The position numbers and the translations under genes were made by a program. A stretch of 64,000 nt of DNA, from assembly GCA_028826165.1 (NCBI GenBank), contig JAPDFW010000120.1, positions 1 through 64,000 of the forward strand. The letters run 5' to 3'. The notes under the pieces are model-generated. The model saw only the letters and a list, made by a program, of their open reading frames with translations, ran no database searches and was not told the origin of the DNA. This document shows, piece after piece, positions 49,299 to 62,801 of this stretch (positions are counted from its first letter, which is position 1; each line of letters begins with the position of its first letter). This stretch comes from Anaeramoeba ignava BMAN. Taxonomy: Eukaryota; Protista; Anaeramoebae.

Positions 49299-52293
49299 TT
49301 AAATTTTTAAAAGCTTTTTCAATTTAAAAGAATCAAAAATTTGATAAAATTCAGATAATTGAATTAAATCATTTGTTATTGATGAATTTAAATTAATTGA
49401 TTCATTTAATTCATCAAAATAAAGAAAATGAAAATATTCTTTAACTGAATTAAAATTAATTCCTGAATAATCTTTAACACAATTTGATGAATCTTGAACT
49501 GATTCAAACATTGAATAAAATAAATTTGATCTTGAAATTAAAATAAATTTATGAAGATAAATATTATTTCCTTTTTCACAATTTAAACAAAAATCTGAAT
49601 TATTTTGATTATTAAAAAGTAATTTGATATCATTTTTTAATCCTTTTTGATTTGATTTTTGTAAAATTTGTTGAATATTTTGGAATATATTTGATGATTT
49701 TGAAATTTCAAAAATTTGATTAAGTTTTTCCATTCTTAATTTTGATTTTTGTTCAAAATTTTGATTTGAATTATTTTTTAAAGAAGTTTCATCAATTTTA
49801 AATAATTTAGCTGAATAAATCCATTCAAAAAAGCATTCAATATTTTCTTTTTTTTGGGTTTTACAAAAATCAATTAATGATTTTAATTTTTCTTTTCCAA
49901 TTCTACAATTAATCATTCCAGAATGAATAGATAATATTTCTTTGTTTAAAAATTCAATTTTTAAATCAGATTGAGATTTTTTTTGATAAAGTGATTTAAA
50001 ATTTTCAGAAAAACTATCATATTTATGAAAAATTTTTATTCTTTCTTTAGCATCTTTATGAAGTAATAAATAATCTATTGTTGTAATTAAATCTTGATTT
50101 AAAGGATCTATATTATCTTTTTTTTTAATTGAAAAAATTGAATTAATTTAAATAAAAAAAAAGTGATTTTGTTTTTGTTTTTTTTTAGAAATACAAACCA
50201 CAACAAACCATAAAGGAATCAAATGCAGAATTTGAGATATTATTATCGCAAGCAATTTTGCTGATTAAATACATCTTAGTTTCTGAAAAATACATATCGA
50301 GATTTAACCCAAATTTAACCATATCTTTGATCATTAAATCACAATCACGAATATCTTTATTTCTAAGAAGATAAATTAAAGGAATCTCCGAATTTTTATC
50401 GATTGCAGAAACATTTGCTCCTTTTTCAAGAAACATCCTCAATAGTTTCGGTGTAATTGATGGATTTTCACAAACATAATGAAGTGCATTTTTTTGGGAA
50501 TTATCAACTTGATTAATTTTATCACCAAAAGTATGAAGAAAAAAATCAACAACATCTTGTTCCATTAAGTTTTTTGTTTTCAAAATTTTCCAATCAAGAT
50601 TTTCGATGATACCGTTCTGTTCGATAAAGTTTTCGTAAATGGTTTTGGCTTTATCAAATCCAAATAGAAAGGATTTCCAAACTAACTTTGATGAAATTTT
50701 TGCTCCATATTTGATCAACAAATTCAAAACAGATGAAGAATCTGAAAATTGCAAAGCACACATCAAAGGATTCTTCTTTGGATTAAGTACTTCTTTGTTA
50801 TTCAAAATAGGGTTTGCTTGACATCCAGATTCCAATAGAAATTGAATCAATTGCAAATTTGATTTTTTAATTGAATGAAAAAAGGGTGATTGAGATTTGG
50901 AATCTGACTTTGTTGTTGAAAATCCATGAGAAACTAAGGATTGAATAACCTCTAAATTACGATCTGAGAGTATTGCATTTATGATCATTGGGAGTTTTGT
51001 TTTTTGTTCCAAAACCTGGATTTCTTGTGCAGAAATGGATGCAAAAAGAAGATGACAAACATGCCAATCATGATTATTTTTGATTGCCAAATGTAAGGGA
51101 GAGAGACCTTTAGAATAAGATTGAAACGGATCAGCACCAGCTTCGAGAAGAGCTTGTGCAATATCTGCGGAGCTCTCTTTACGTAGAAACAAAAAGTGAA
51201 GAGAATTATATCCCTTTGATGTGAGATGATTAGGATCGTTTCCTTTCTCAATAAGAAAATTAATAATTGGAGCATCGCAGCCATGAGCCACAGCCTGTTC
51301 CAATAGAGAGGATCCTTGGAACTCAGCTGTTGGATCTGCTCCTCCTTCAATAAGTGTTTTGAGAAGATCAATTGATGGTCTTTTTCTGATTGCAACAAAT
51401 AAAACTGATCCTTTTTTGGGATGCTATTCAATTTAAATTTCAAATTAAATTTAAAAAAGAATTTAAAAAAGAATTTAAAAAAGAATTTAAAAAAGAATTT
51501 AAAAAAGAATTTTCGTTTTTTCAATAAAAAGTTCTCAATTTTTTTTCCTGTCAAAAATTTTTCAAAAAGAAATTTTTTCAAAAATAAAAAAATAGGGAAA
51601 AACATTTTCCAAAGAAATTTCAAAAAGGAATATTTTTATTGGAATTTCTCACAAGGCAAAAAAAAAAAGAAAAGATCTTGAAAAGAAAGAAAAACTTACT
51701 TGAATATTAGGATCAGCTCCATGAGAAAGCAAAACTGATATAACATCTAAAGCTTGATTTTCTGCGGCAAACATGAGGCAAGTGTTTCCGTTATTGTCTT
51801 TTAAATTAACCTGAGGATTATAAGACAAAAGAAGAGAAATAATAGTTTGTGAGTCATAGGTCATGCAGGCCAGATGAAGAGCATTCTGACCGTCTGAGTT
51901 AGTATCGTTAACAGAGGCGCCAGATTGGATAATTATTTCAATCATTTCTTCGGACGCTTTATGAAGACAAGCGTAATGAAGAGGAGGATTCTGTGTATGT
52001 TTTTCTCGGATATCACATCCGTATATTTCCAATCCTTGTTCCACTTTTAGTTTTTCTTCATATGTTATTGAAAGAAAAATTTCGTCAATTTTATCAGGAT
52101 TATCAATCATTAAAAAATCAGTTTCTGTTTCTGTTTTGATTTCTGTTTCTTCTAATATTTCTTTGATAAATTTTATATTTTCTTCTTCAAATAAATATTC
52201 TGTTGCTTTTTCTAAATTGTTGTCATTTAATTCTAATGCTGTTTCAAGAATTTTTTCTGAAAGATTTTCAAAAATTTGTTTTAAAGTTTCCAT
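49299..52293 (-). CDS. CUE/UBA-like domain + many ankyrin repeats + tandem BTB protein, 3 exons
   Basis: N-terminus METLKQIFENLSEKILETALELNDNNLEKATEYLF is CUE-like. Ankyrins GQNALHLAC, GNTCLMFAA, GLSPLHLAI. BTB IYLHKFILISRSNLFYSMF. Introns 51699-51424 and 50198-50117. Confidence 0.85.
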
Positions 52294-52412
52294 TTAAAAA
52301 AAATTAAAAAAAATTAAAAAAAATAAAAAAAATAAATAAATTTTTTTCATTTTTTTTCAATTTAAAAAAAAAAAGAAAAAGAAAAAAAAAATTTTTAAAA
52401 AAAAAAATAATA

Positions 52413-54169
52413 ATGAATAAAGAAAATCAAGAAAATCAAGAAAATCAAGAAAATCAAACAAACGAAAATAACTTTCTAGCAGAAAATTCACAATTTCTTG
52501 ATATTCATTTAATATTTCCTTTATTAGAGTTTATTTTAAAAGAAAAATTACGACCAGAAAATGAAATATTTCAAACAATGCTTGAATTAGCTCAACAAAC
52601 AAACTTATTTGATATTGAATTCAGAGCTTTTAGGAAATTAAATAATACTAATGATATTCCTAAAGAAATGTTAGATAGAAAAGATCAAGTTGAACAAAAA
52701 GAAAAGTTACTTTTCCAAAAAATTAAAGTTTTTATTGATCTTATAAATGGAAGTTTAGAAGATAAAATTCCTGATCTTTTATCACAAAATAGTTTAACAA
52801 TGGAATTTTTAAAAGAAAAATACAAAGTAATTTATTTAAAATCAAAATTAAAATTAAAATTAATTTATAATATTAAAATTAAAATTAATTTATAATATTA
52901 AAATTAAAATTAAATTTAAATTAAAAATTAAAATTAAAATTAAAATTAAAATTAAAATTAAAATTAAAATTTATTTATAAAATTAAAATTAAAATTAAAA
53001 TCAAAATCAAAATTAAAAATCAAAATTAAAATTAAAATTAAAATTAAAATTAAAATTAAAATTAAAATTAAAATTAAAATTAAAATTCAAGATTAAAATT
53101 AAAATTAAAATTAAAATTAAAAATTAAAATTCATTTATAAAATTAAAATTAAAATTTATTTATAATATAAAAATTAAAATTAATATTAAAATTAATATTA
53201 AAATTCATTTATAAAATTAATATTAAAATTAAGATCGAAAATCAAACACTTAACCTCCTCTTTGAATACTCAAGACTAATTTATGATAAAGGTGAATATG
53301 AAAAAGCAATAAAAACATTAGAATTATACATTATATTAGAAAATAAAAGTGATAAACAATTAGAAGGACTTTGGGGAAAATTAGTATGTGAAATCAGCAC
53401 ACAAAAAATGGAAGAAGGAGAAAAAACAATTCAAAGTATTCGGGAAATAATAGAAAAAACACTTCCCAAATCCAATCAAAGATACCAATTAAAATGTGCA
53501 GGATTTTTAATGCATTGGAGTTTATTTGTTTTTTTCAACTCTCCAAATGGTTTAAATCAATTAATCGATCTTTTCTTCAATGATCTATACAATTCAGTAA
53601 TCCAAACATTTGCGCCTCATTTACTTCGCTATTTATGTGTTGCTGTATTTCTTGATCAACAAAGAAGATCATCAATGAGAAATTTATTAAGACTTATTGA
53701 TCAGGAAAAATATCGTTATTCAGATCCAATTACAGAATTAATATATTCCACTTTTTCCAAAAAAAACCTCAACAATATTGAATCCCAAATTGAAAAATGC
53801 GAGAAATTTTGTACACAAGACTTTTTCTTATTCGGAATCAAAGACCAATTTATTTCTTCAATTCGAGTTTCCATTTTCGAAATTTTTTGCAAAATTTATC
53901 ATGAATTAAGCTTTGATGTTTTTGTCAAACAACTTAGAATAAATCCAGATGATGTTGAAAATTGGATTGTTAATGTTATTCGCAATTCTAATATCAATGC
54001 AAAAGTTGATTCAGAAAATCGAAAAATTATTATTCAACAACATTTTATGAACGTTTTACAGAATATTAATTATAAAATCAAAAATGTTCCTCAAAAACTA
54101 TCAAATATTAACCTTGCAATTCAAGAAATAGAAGCAAAACAAAATCCAGTTATTCCTCAAGAAAAATAA
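52413..54169 (+). CDS. EIF3E: Translation initiation factor eIF3 subunit E (Int6), 2 exons
   Basis: FLDIHLIFPLLEF, LMHWSLFVFFN, IQTFAPHLLRY, YSDPITE and a PCI domain. Intron 52827-53233. Confidence 0.93.
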
Positions 54170-54352
54170 ACTTTTTTTTCTTTTAAATTTTTTTAAAAAA
54201 AAATAAGAAAAATCAATTCAAATTCAAATTCAAATTCAAATTCAAATTAAATTCAAATTTAAAATTTTTTTTTTCAAAATAAAATTCAAATTCAAATTAA
54301 TTTTTTTTTGTTCCACATTTTTTCTTTTAAAAAAAAATAATTTTTCCAAAAA

Positions 54353-56142
54353 TTAAAAGCAAGAACTTTTTTGATAAAATAAAATATAAGCTTTTTGTGA
54401 TAAAACCTCTTGTAAACTAACTTTTGATACATTTGAATCATTAAAAAGATACCAACAATCATCTTCTTTTTTTACATAAGCAATATAATGACCAAAATCA
54501 CAAGTTCCTAAATGAACAGAAATTGATTGAAGTTGATATTCTAAATCATTTTTTAATTGATTTTGATTTTCATTTTTTAATTGATTTTGATTTTGATTTT
54601 GATTTTGATTTTGATTTTGATTTTGAAACTCAAAAATTTCTCTGAAATTCAAATATTCAGGAAAAGAAACAAATTTGGATATTTTTTTAGTTCCAGTTGA
54701 TTTATGATCAAAACGTTTCAAGACAATAACTAAAATTGATGGTAATTTTTCAACCTTAATTTGCTTTGTTGCAAAAGAAGAATTGAATTTCTGACTTTCC
54801 ACTTTTTTTTTTGCTGCACATGCAGAACATTTATATCTGTTTTCTCCATATAACAGTTCTTTTCTTGTGAATAATTTGAGATATGAAACCAAATCATTGC
54901 TTTTTGATAGTTTTTGAAATTGTTTTAAATTGAAATCCAATTCTTCAGTTAAATTAGAAGGAATATTTACATCATCAATTTTATTGTGTTTTGAGACATG
55001 ATTTCTTTTTGGTTTTTTCCAATTAATAATAGGAATTTCTTCCCAATCAATTTCATTTGAAATATTTCTAGAGATTGAATTTTGATCAAAAGAGAATTTT
55101 TGGAGAAAGTTATTGGAACTGTTTTGAATTAAGGAATTGGATAAATTGGTTGAATTTATTGGGTGTGTTGATAAATTTGATTTGGTATGACTAAATGAAT
55201 TATTTATTTTTTCTTGATTTTCTTGTTGATTTTCTTGTTGATTTTCTTGTTGATTTTCTTGTTGATTTTCTTGTTGATTTTCTTGTTGATTTTGTATTGT
55301 ACTGTAATTAATCCATCCTGAATTAGGAATTGATTTCTTTTTTTTATTTGGATATGATTCCCTTTCAAGAACTGGATTACGAGGTTTTTGGGAAGTATTC
55401 TTTTTGTTTGTGATTGTGAGATTTTTGTGATTTTGATTGAATTTTTTGGAGTTTTTGGAGTTTTTGAATTTTTTGTTTCAAAAAAAGATTTCTTGATTTT
55501 CAATTCTTTTTTCAATTCTTTGGAAGGAAAATCAATCGGCAAAATGATATCGAAAAAGGATTCATAAATAACAGATTCCTTGAAGCATTCTGAGCAAACA
55601 AGATAATTAGAAATAACGCCTCTAAAGGCTTCTTCAATAAAAGTGTTATTATTTCTCTCTAGAATTTCTTTTTTAGTATTTTCCGTTTTTGGATTTGCTT
55701 TGATTAAATCAAGTCTTTTTAATTCTTCCTCATTCAATAAGTTGACAATTGTTGACAAACATTCATGAGCATCTTGATGTTGATAACCAAGAAATTTAGG
55801 ATTTTTTTCTGAAATTCTGTGAAATATTTTTATTGGTTTGAAGTCAAAATTGCCAGGATATTTCCACATATATTGATAAAAACTTCGCATAATTTCTATT
55901 GTATTTCCTTCGTTTTCTTGCTTTTTTGTTGTTAAGAAATAATCTCTTATTATATAAACTTGATTTAAGCATTGCATAACTGAATTTAAAAAACATGTAT
56001 TCCCTAAATTTAGAAATCCATGCGCTCCAAGTGTTAGTTTATTACTTGTTATAAATTCTGGTTCTTTTTTTGCTGGTTTTTTTCTTTGAAATGGTAAAAA
56101 TGGTGTTTCAATGGTAATTGGAATCCAATCATCAGGATTCAT
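54353..56142 (-). CDS. Ubiquitin-specific protease (peptidase C19); slip near 55385
   Basis: Cys box GFLNLGNTCFLNSVMQCL, QHQDAHE, LVIVLKRF, His box VHLGTCDFGHYIAYVK, WYLFNDSNV. The insert contains (QQEN)n once the frame is corrected. Confidence 0.9.
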
Positions 56143-56149
56143 TGCAATT

Positions 56150-56212
56150 AAAAAAAAAATGAAAAAATGAAAAATGAAAAAATGAAAAATGAAAAAATGG
56201 AAAAATGAAAAA
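56150..56212 (-). promoter_or_regulatory. Tandem TTTTTCATTTT initiator-like array upstream of the USP gene
   Basis: Five or more AAAATGAAAA units directly before the start codon. The same motif precedes most ATGs in the window. Confidence 0.6.
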
Positions 56213-56249
56213 ATTATTTTTTTAGGAATTTTTTCTTATTTTTTTTTTG

Positions 56250-58143
56250 AAATTAAATATTAAATATTAAATATTAAATCCAATTAAATATTCAATATTA
56301 AATATTAAATCCAAATTAAATATTAAATATTAAATAATAAATATTAAATATTAAATCCAAATTAAATATTAAATCCAATTAAATATTCAATCCAATTAAA
56401 TATTCAATCCAAATTAAATAATAAATATTCAATCCAAATCAAATATTAAATAATAAATATTAAATCCTATTAAATATTAAATATTAAATATTAAATCCAA
56501 ATTAAATATTAAATAATAAATATTAAATCCAAATTAAATATTAAATATTAAATATTAAATATTAAATATTAAATATTAAATAATAAATATTAAATCCAAA
56601 TTAAATATTAAATCCAAATTAAATATTAAATATTAAATATTAAATATTAAAAATAAATAAAATTAAATAAATAAATCCAAATTAAATATTAAATCCAAAT
56701 TAAATATTAAATATTAAATATTAAATATTAAATATTAAATATTAAATATTAAATATTAAATCCAAATTAAATATTAAATCCAAATTAAATATTAAATCCA
56801 AATTAAATATTAAATATTAAATATTAAATCCAAATTAAATAATAAATATTAAATATTAAATCCAAATTAAATATTAAATCAAATAATAAATATTAAATAT
56901 TAAATATTAAATAATAAATAATAAATATTCAATCCAAATTAAATATTAAATATTAAATATTAAATAATAATTAAATATTAAATATTAAATATTAAATATT
57001 AAATATTAAATATTAAATATTAAATATTAAATATTAAATATTAAATATTAAATATTAATTAAATATTAAACTAAATTAAATATTAAATCCAAATTAAAAT
57101 AATAAATATTAAATCCAAATTAAATATTAAATATTAAATCCAAATTAAATATTAAATATTAAATCCAAATTAAATATTAAAATTAAATATTAAATATTAA
57201 ATAATAAATTAAATATTAAATCCCAATTAAATATTAAATTAAAATTAAATATTCAAAAATTAAATATTAAACCAAATAAAATTAAATAATCCAAATATTA
57301 AAATTAAAATTAAAATTAAATATTAAATCCAAATTAAAATTAAAAAATAAAAAAAAATTAAATATTAAAAAATTAAATATTAAAATTAAATTAAAATTAA
57401 ACTTAAAATTAAAAATTAAAATTAAATATTAAATATTAAAAATATTAATTATTAAATATTAAATATTAAATATTAAATATTAAATATTAAATATTAAATC
57501 CAAATTAAATATTAAATCCAAATTAAATATTAAATATTAAATCCAAATTAAATATTAAATAATAAATATTAAACCAAATTAAATATTAAATATTAAATCC
57601 AAATTAAATATTAAATCCAAATTAAATATTGGAATTAAATAATAAATATTAAATCCAAATCAAATATCAAAATATTAAATAAATATTTATTAAATATTAA
57701 ATATTAAATATTAAATATTAAATATTAAATATTGAATATTAAATATTAAATATTAAATCCAAATTAAATAATAAATATTAAATCCATATTAAATAATAAA
57801 TATTAAATATTAAATATTAAATCCAAATTAAATATTAAATATTAAATAATAAATCCAAAAAATAAATATTAAATCCAAATTAAATATTAAATATTAAATA
57901 TTAAATATTAAATATTAAATCCAAATTAAATATTAAATATTAAATCCAAATTAAATATTAAATATTAAATATTAAATCCAAATTAAATATTAAATCAAAT
58001 AATAAATATTAAATCCAAATTAAATATTAAATAATAAATCCAAATTAAATATTAAATATTAAATATTAAATATTAAATCCAAATTAAATATTAAATATTA
58101 AATCCAAATTAAATATTAAATCCAAATTAAATATTAAATATTA
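56250..58143. repeat. Heptamer-based satellite (AAATATT)n with AAATCCAAATT variant units
   Basis: About 1.9 kb, almost no G on the + strand, no ORFs in the track, between divergent USP and RasGEF genes. Confidence 0.95.
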
Positions 58144-58170
58144 ATTATTAATTATTCTTGTTTTTGGAAA

Positions 58171-58246
58171 TTTTCATTTTTCATTTTTCATTTTTCAATT
58201 TTTTATTTTTCATTTTTCAATTTTTATTTTTTTATTTTTCATTTTA
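58171..58246 (+). promoter_or_regulatory. Tandem TTTTCATTTT initiator-like array upstream of the RasGEF gene
   Basis: Several TCATTT/TCAATT units within 75 nt of the ATG. Confidence 0.6.
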
Positions 58247-61200
58247 ATGGCTACTCCACAAAAATATAAATTACCACCATTACCTTCTACTTTACCTAAA
58301 CCACCACCATTACCATCTACTTTACCTAAACCACCAAGATTACAGAAATCACAATCAACACAAATACCAACACAAACTCAAAATATAAATCAAAATCAAA
58401 ATCAAATAACAAATTCAATAGAAAAACCAATAGAAAAACCAAAAAAAGAAACTGAATTACCAAAAAAAAAAGAAATTGATTTTGAAAAACATCCAAGAAA
58501 AAGTAAAGAAACAAAAAAGCAAAAAATTATAATTAAAATTAAAATTAAAATTCAAAATTAAAATTTAAAATTAAAATTAAAATTATAATTAAAATTGAAA
58601 TTAAAATTAAAATTAAAATTAAAATTAAAATTAAAACTTAAAATCAAAATTATAATTAAAATAAAAATTAAAATTAAACTTAAAATTAAAATTCAAAATT
58701 AAAATTATAATTAAAATTATAATTAAAATTCAAAATTAAAATTAAAAATTAAAATTAAAATTAAAATTAAAAATTAAAATTAAAATTAAAATTAAAATTA
58801 AAATTAAAATTAAAATTAAAATTAAAATTAAAATTAAAATTAAAATTAAAATTATAATTAAAATTCAAAATTAAAATTAAAAATTAAAATTAAAATTATA
58901 ATTAAAATTAAAATTAAAATCAAAATTAAAATTAAAATTATAATTAAAATTGAAATTAAAATTAAATTCAAAATTAAAATTTAAATTCAAAATTAAAATT
59001 AAAATTAAAATTAAAATTATAATTAAAATTATAATTAAAATTAAAATTAAAATTATAATCAAAATTTAAATTTAAACTTCAATCCTTTATAAAGTTTTAT
59101 ATCAAGATCCTTCAATAGATAGAAGTAAATGGCATTTAAAATTAATTGAAAAACATCCCGAAATTCAAGATTTACGAGAAAGATTAATTCCAATAGAAAG
59201 AACTCAATCGTAAAAATTTAATATTAAAAAAAATATTCAAAATTTATTTAAAAAAAAAATTTAATTGTTTATTTATAATTAGTTTTGGTGAAATTTATAA
59301 CTTTGGAACTCATGATGTTAAAGAGAATCTTTCTGATGATATGATTCTTCAAGTTATTATGCAACATTTAGGGTGTTTAGGTTATAAAAAAACAAGATCA
59401 ATTTTGGAAGAAGAAAGCAAAATTAAATGTAATTTTTTTAATAAAAAAAATCAATTTAATTATTTAAAACTTTTCTTCCAAATTTAAAACTTTTTAGATC
59501 AAGAAAATCATTTTAAAGAAAGCAGACTAAGAGGTTTATTAAGAATTAGTTTGAAAGAAATTGAAAAAATTTATGATATTGTAATGGAATCTTCAGATTC
59601 AAAAGAAGAAGATCCTCGAAATGAATTACTTGAACAATTAATTAAATTAGGGTAAAAAATATTAAAATTCATTTATAAAATTAAAATTCATTTATAAAAT
59701 TAAAATTAAAATTCATTTATAAAATTAAAATTAAAATTCATTTATAAAATTAAAATTAAAATTCATTTATAAAATTAAAATTATAAATTAAAATTAAAAT
59801 TAAAATTAAAAATTTAAATTCATTTATAAAAATATAAATTAAAATTAAAATTCATTTATAAATTAAAAATTAAGTTATGAAGATGAAGATGAAAATGAAA
59901 TTGTAAATGATGTTTTTATTTGGGATGAACCTCCAGATTCAGAAAGTAATATAATTTATGCTGATGAATCTGATAAATCTTTAGGAGAAAAAGGTAAATT
60001 TCAAGAAAAATCAACAAAATAACAAAATTTTCAAAAAGAAAAACAAATTAAAAATTTATATTATATTTATTAAAATTGATTTTTTTATCAGAAATCAAAG
60101 CTGCAACTTTAAATAAATTAATAGAAAAATTAACTCATGATGGATCAGGAATTAAAATTGATAGTTTTTTAATGACATTTCAATCATTTACAACAAAAGA
60201 AAAATTACTTCAAAAACTTATTCATCGGTATTTATTATTTTATAAATTAAAATTAAAATATAAATCAAAATTAAAATTAAAATTAAAATCAAAATTAAAA
60301 TTAAAATTAAAATCAAAATTAAAATCAAAATCAAAATTAAAATTAAAATTAAAATTAAAATCAAAATTAAAATCAAAATTAAAATTAAAATTAAAATTAA
60401 AATCAAAATCAAAATTAAAATCAAAATTAAAATCAAAATCAAAATTCAAAATTAAAATCAAAATTAAAATCAAAATTAAAATTAAAATTAAAATTAAAAT
60501 TAAAATTAAAATTAAAATTAATTAAAAAATTAAAATCAAAATTTAAAATCAAAATCAAAATTAAAATTAAAATCAAAATTAAAATATAAATTAAAATCAA
60601 AATTAAAATCAAAATTAAAATTAAAATCAAAATTAAAATCAAAATTTATAAATTTAAAAGTTATCATGTTCCAAAATCAAAAGAACTTAGTGAAGAAGAA
60701 TATCAAAAAAAGAAAAAATCAATTCAACTTAAAGTTATAAATGTTCTTCTTAAATGGGTTGATAATTATTTTTCCGAATTTTCAAAGCAATTAATACAAC
60801 AATTTCAAGAATTTATTGAAAATACATTAATTGAAGATAATAAAACTCTTGCAGATAAATTAAAAAATGCTATTTATAAGAAACAAAAAGGATTAGACGC
60901 AAAGAAAACCGTTTTTGAATCTCCAAATATTCCTGATCCAATTGTTCCTAAAAATATTTTTAGTCCAAATCTTTCTATATTTCATGTTCATGAAGAGGAA
61001 ATTGCTCGTCAAATGACTTTAATTGAATTTAAACTTTATTCAAAAATTCAGGTTTAAATTAAAATTCATTTTGAAAATTAAAATTCATTTTGAAAATTAA
61101 AATTCATTTTGAAAATTAAAATTCATTTTGAAATTAAAATTAAAATTAAAATTAAATTTAAAATTGAAATTTTAAATTAAAAAATTAAAATTAAAATCAA

Positions 61201-62636
61201 AATTAAAATTAAAATTAAAATTAAAATTAAATTTAAAATTCATTTTGAAAATTAAAATCTTCAAAATTAAAATTCATTTTGAAAATTAAAATTCATTTTG
61301 AAATTAAAATTTAAATTAAAATTAAAATTAAATTTAAAATTCATTTTGAAAATTAAAATTAAAATTAAAATTAAAATTAAAATTAAAATTAAAATTCATT
61401 TTAAAATTAAAATTAAAATTAAAATTAAATTTAAAATTAAAATTCATTTTGAAAATTGAAATTCATTTTGAAATTAAAATTAAAATTATAATTAAAATTA
61501 AAATTAAAATTAAAATTCATTTTGAAAATTAAATCAAAATCAAAATTAAAATTAAAATTAAAATTCATTTTGAAAATTGAAATTCATTTTGAAAATTGAA
61601 ATTCATTTTGAAAATTAAAATTAAAATTAAAATTAAAATTAAAATTAAAATTAAAATTAAAATTAAAATTAAAATTCAAAAATTAAATTTAAAATGAAAA
61701 TTAAAATTAAAATTAAAATTAAAATTAAAATTAAAAATTAAAATTAAAATTAAAATTAAAATTAAAATTAAAATTAAAATTAAAATTAAAATTAAAATTA
61801 AAATTAAAATTAAAATTCATTTTTAAAATTAAAATTAAAATTAAAATTAAAATTCAAATTAAAATTCATTTTGAAAATTAAAATTAAAACCAAAATTAAA
61901 ATTCATTTTTAAAATTAAAATTAAAATTAAAATTAAAATTAAAATTCATTTTGAAAATTCATTTTGAATATTAAAAAAGCCAACAGAACTCTTAAACCAA
62001 GCATGGAGTAAAGCAAAATACAAACATCGAGCACCAAATGTGTTATCATTCATTCAACGATTCAACGACACATCTGGATGGGTAGCAACAACAATTACCA
62101 AAAGCGATCGATTACAACATCGAGTTCACACAATCGAAAAATTTATAAAAATAGCAGAACATTTAAGAGCATTAAATAACTTCAACGGATTGACATCAGT
62201 ATTAGCAGGTTTAAATAACGCAGCAGTTTATCGATTAAAGCATTCATGGAGTTCAATAAAATTAAATTATCAACAAACACTTGAATCACTTAAAAATCAA
62301 ATGGATTCAAGTGGAGCTTATAAAACATACAGAGAATTACTTAAAAATGTTAATCCGCCTTGTATTCCTTATCTCGGCATTTATTTGACTGATCTTACAT
62401 TCATAGAAGATGGCGTTCCTGATTTTATCGGGAATCTAATTAATTATACTAAAAGATCCCAAATTAGCAAAGTTATCTTAAATATTCAACAATATCAACA
62501 AAAATCTTATGAATTTCAATATGTTCATCAAATCTCCCAATTGCTCTTGAAAATTCGCAATTTGGATGATTCAGAATTATATAATAAATCTTTGGAAATT
62601 GAACCTCGTAATCGTGATATTTCTGAAATTAAATAA
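58247..62636 (+). CDS. RasGEF with Pro-rich N-terminus, LisH, REM and CDC25 domains; 8 exons
   Basis: LisH DMILQVIMQHLGCLGYKKTRSILEEES, REM IKAATLNKLIEKLT...FLMTFQSF, CDC25 EEIARQMTL...LNNFNG...PPCIPYLGIYLTDLTFIEDG. Seven GT-AG introns keep frame. Confidence 0.93.
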
Positions 62637-62801
62637 TTTCATTTCTTTTTATTTCTTCTTATTTCTTTTTTCTTTTTTCTTTTTGATCTCAGAAAAAATT
62701 TTTTTCAATTAATTCAAATAAAATCCTCAAAAAAAAAATTTAATTTTTTTCTCAATTTAAATTTTTCATTTTTTTCATTTTTCTTTTTTAAATTAATTTA
62801 A

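Noticed and set aside
56250-58143. Telomeric repeat
   Set aside because: No TTAGGG-like G-rich unit, and the tract is internal between two genes.
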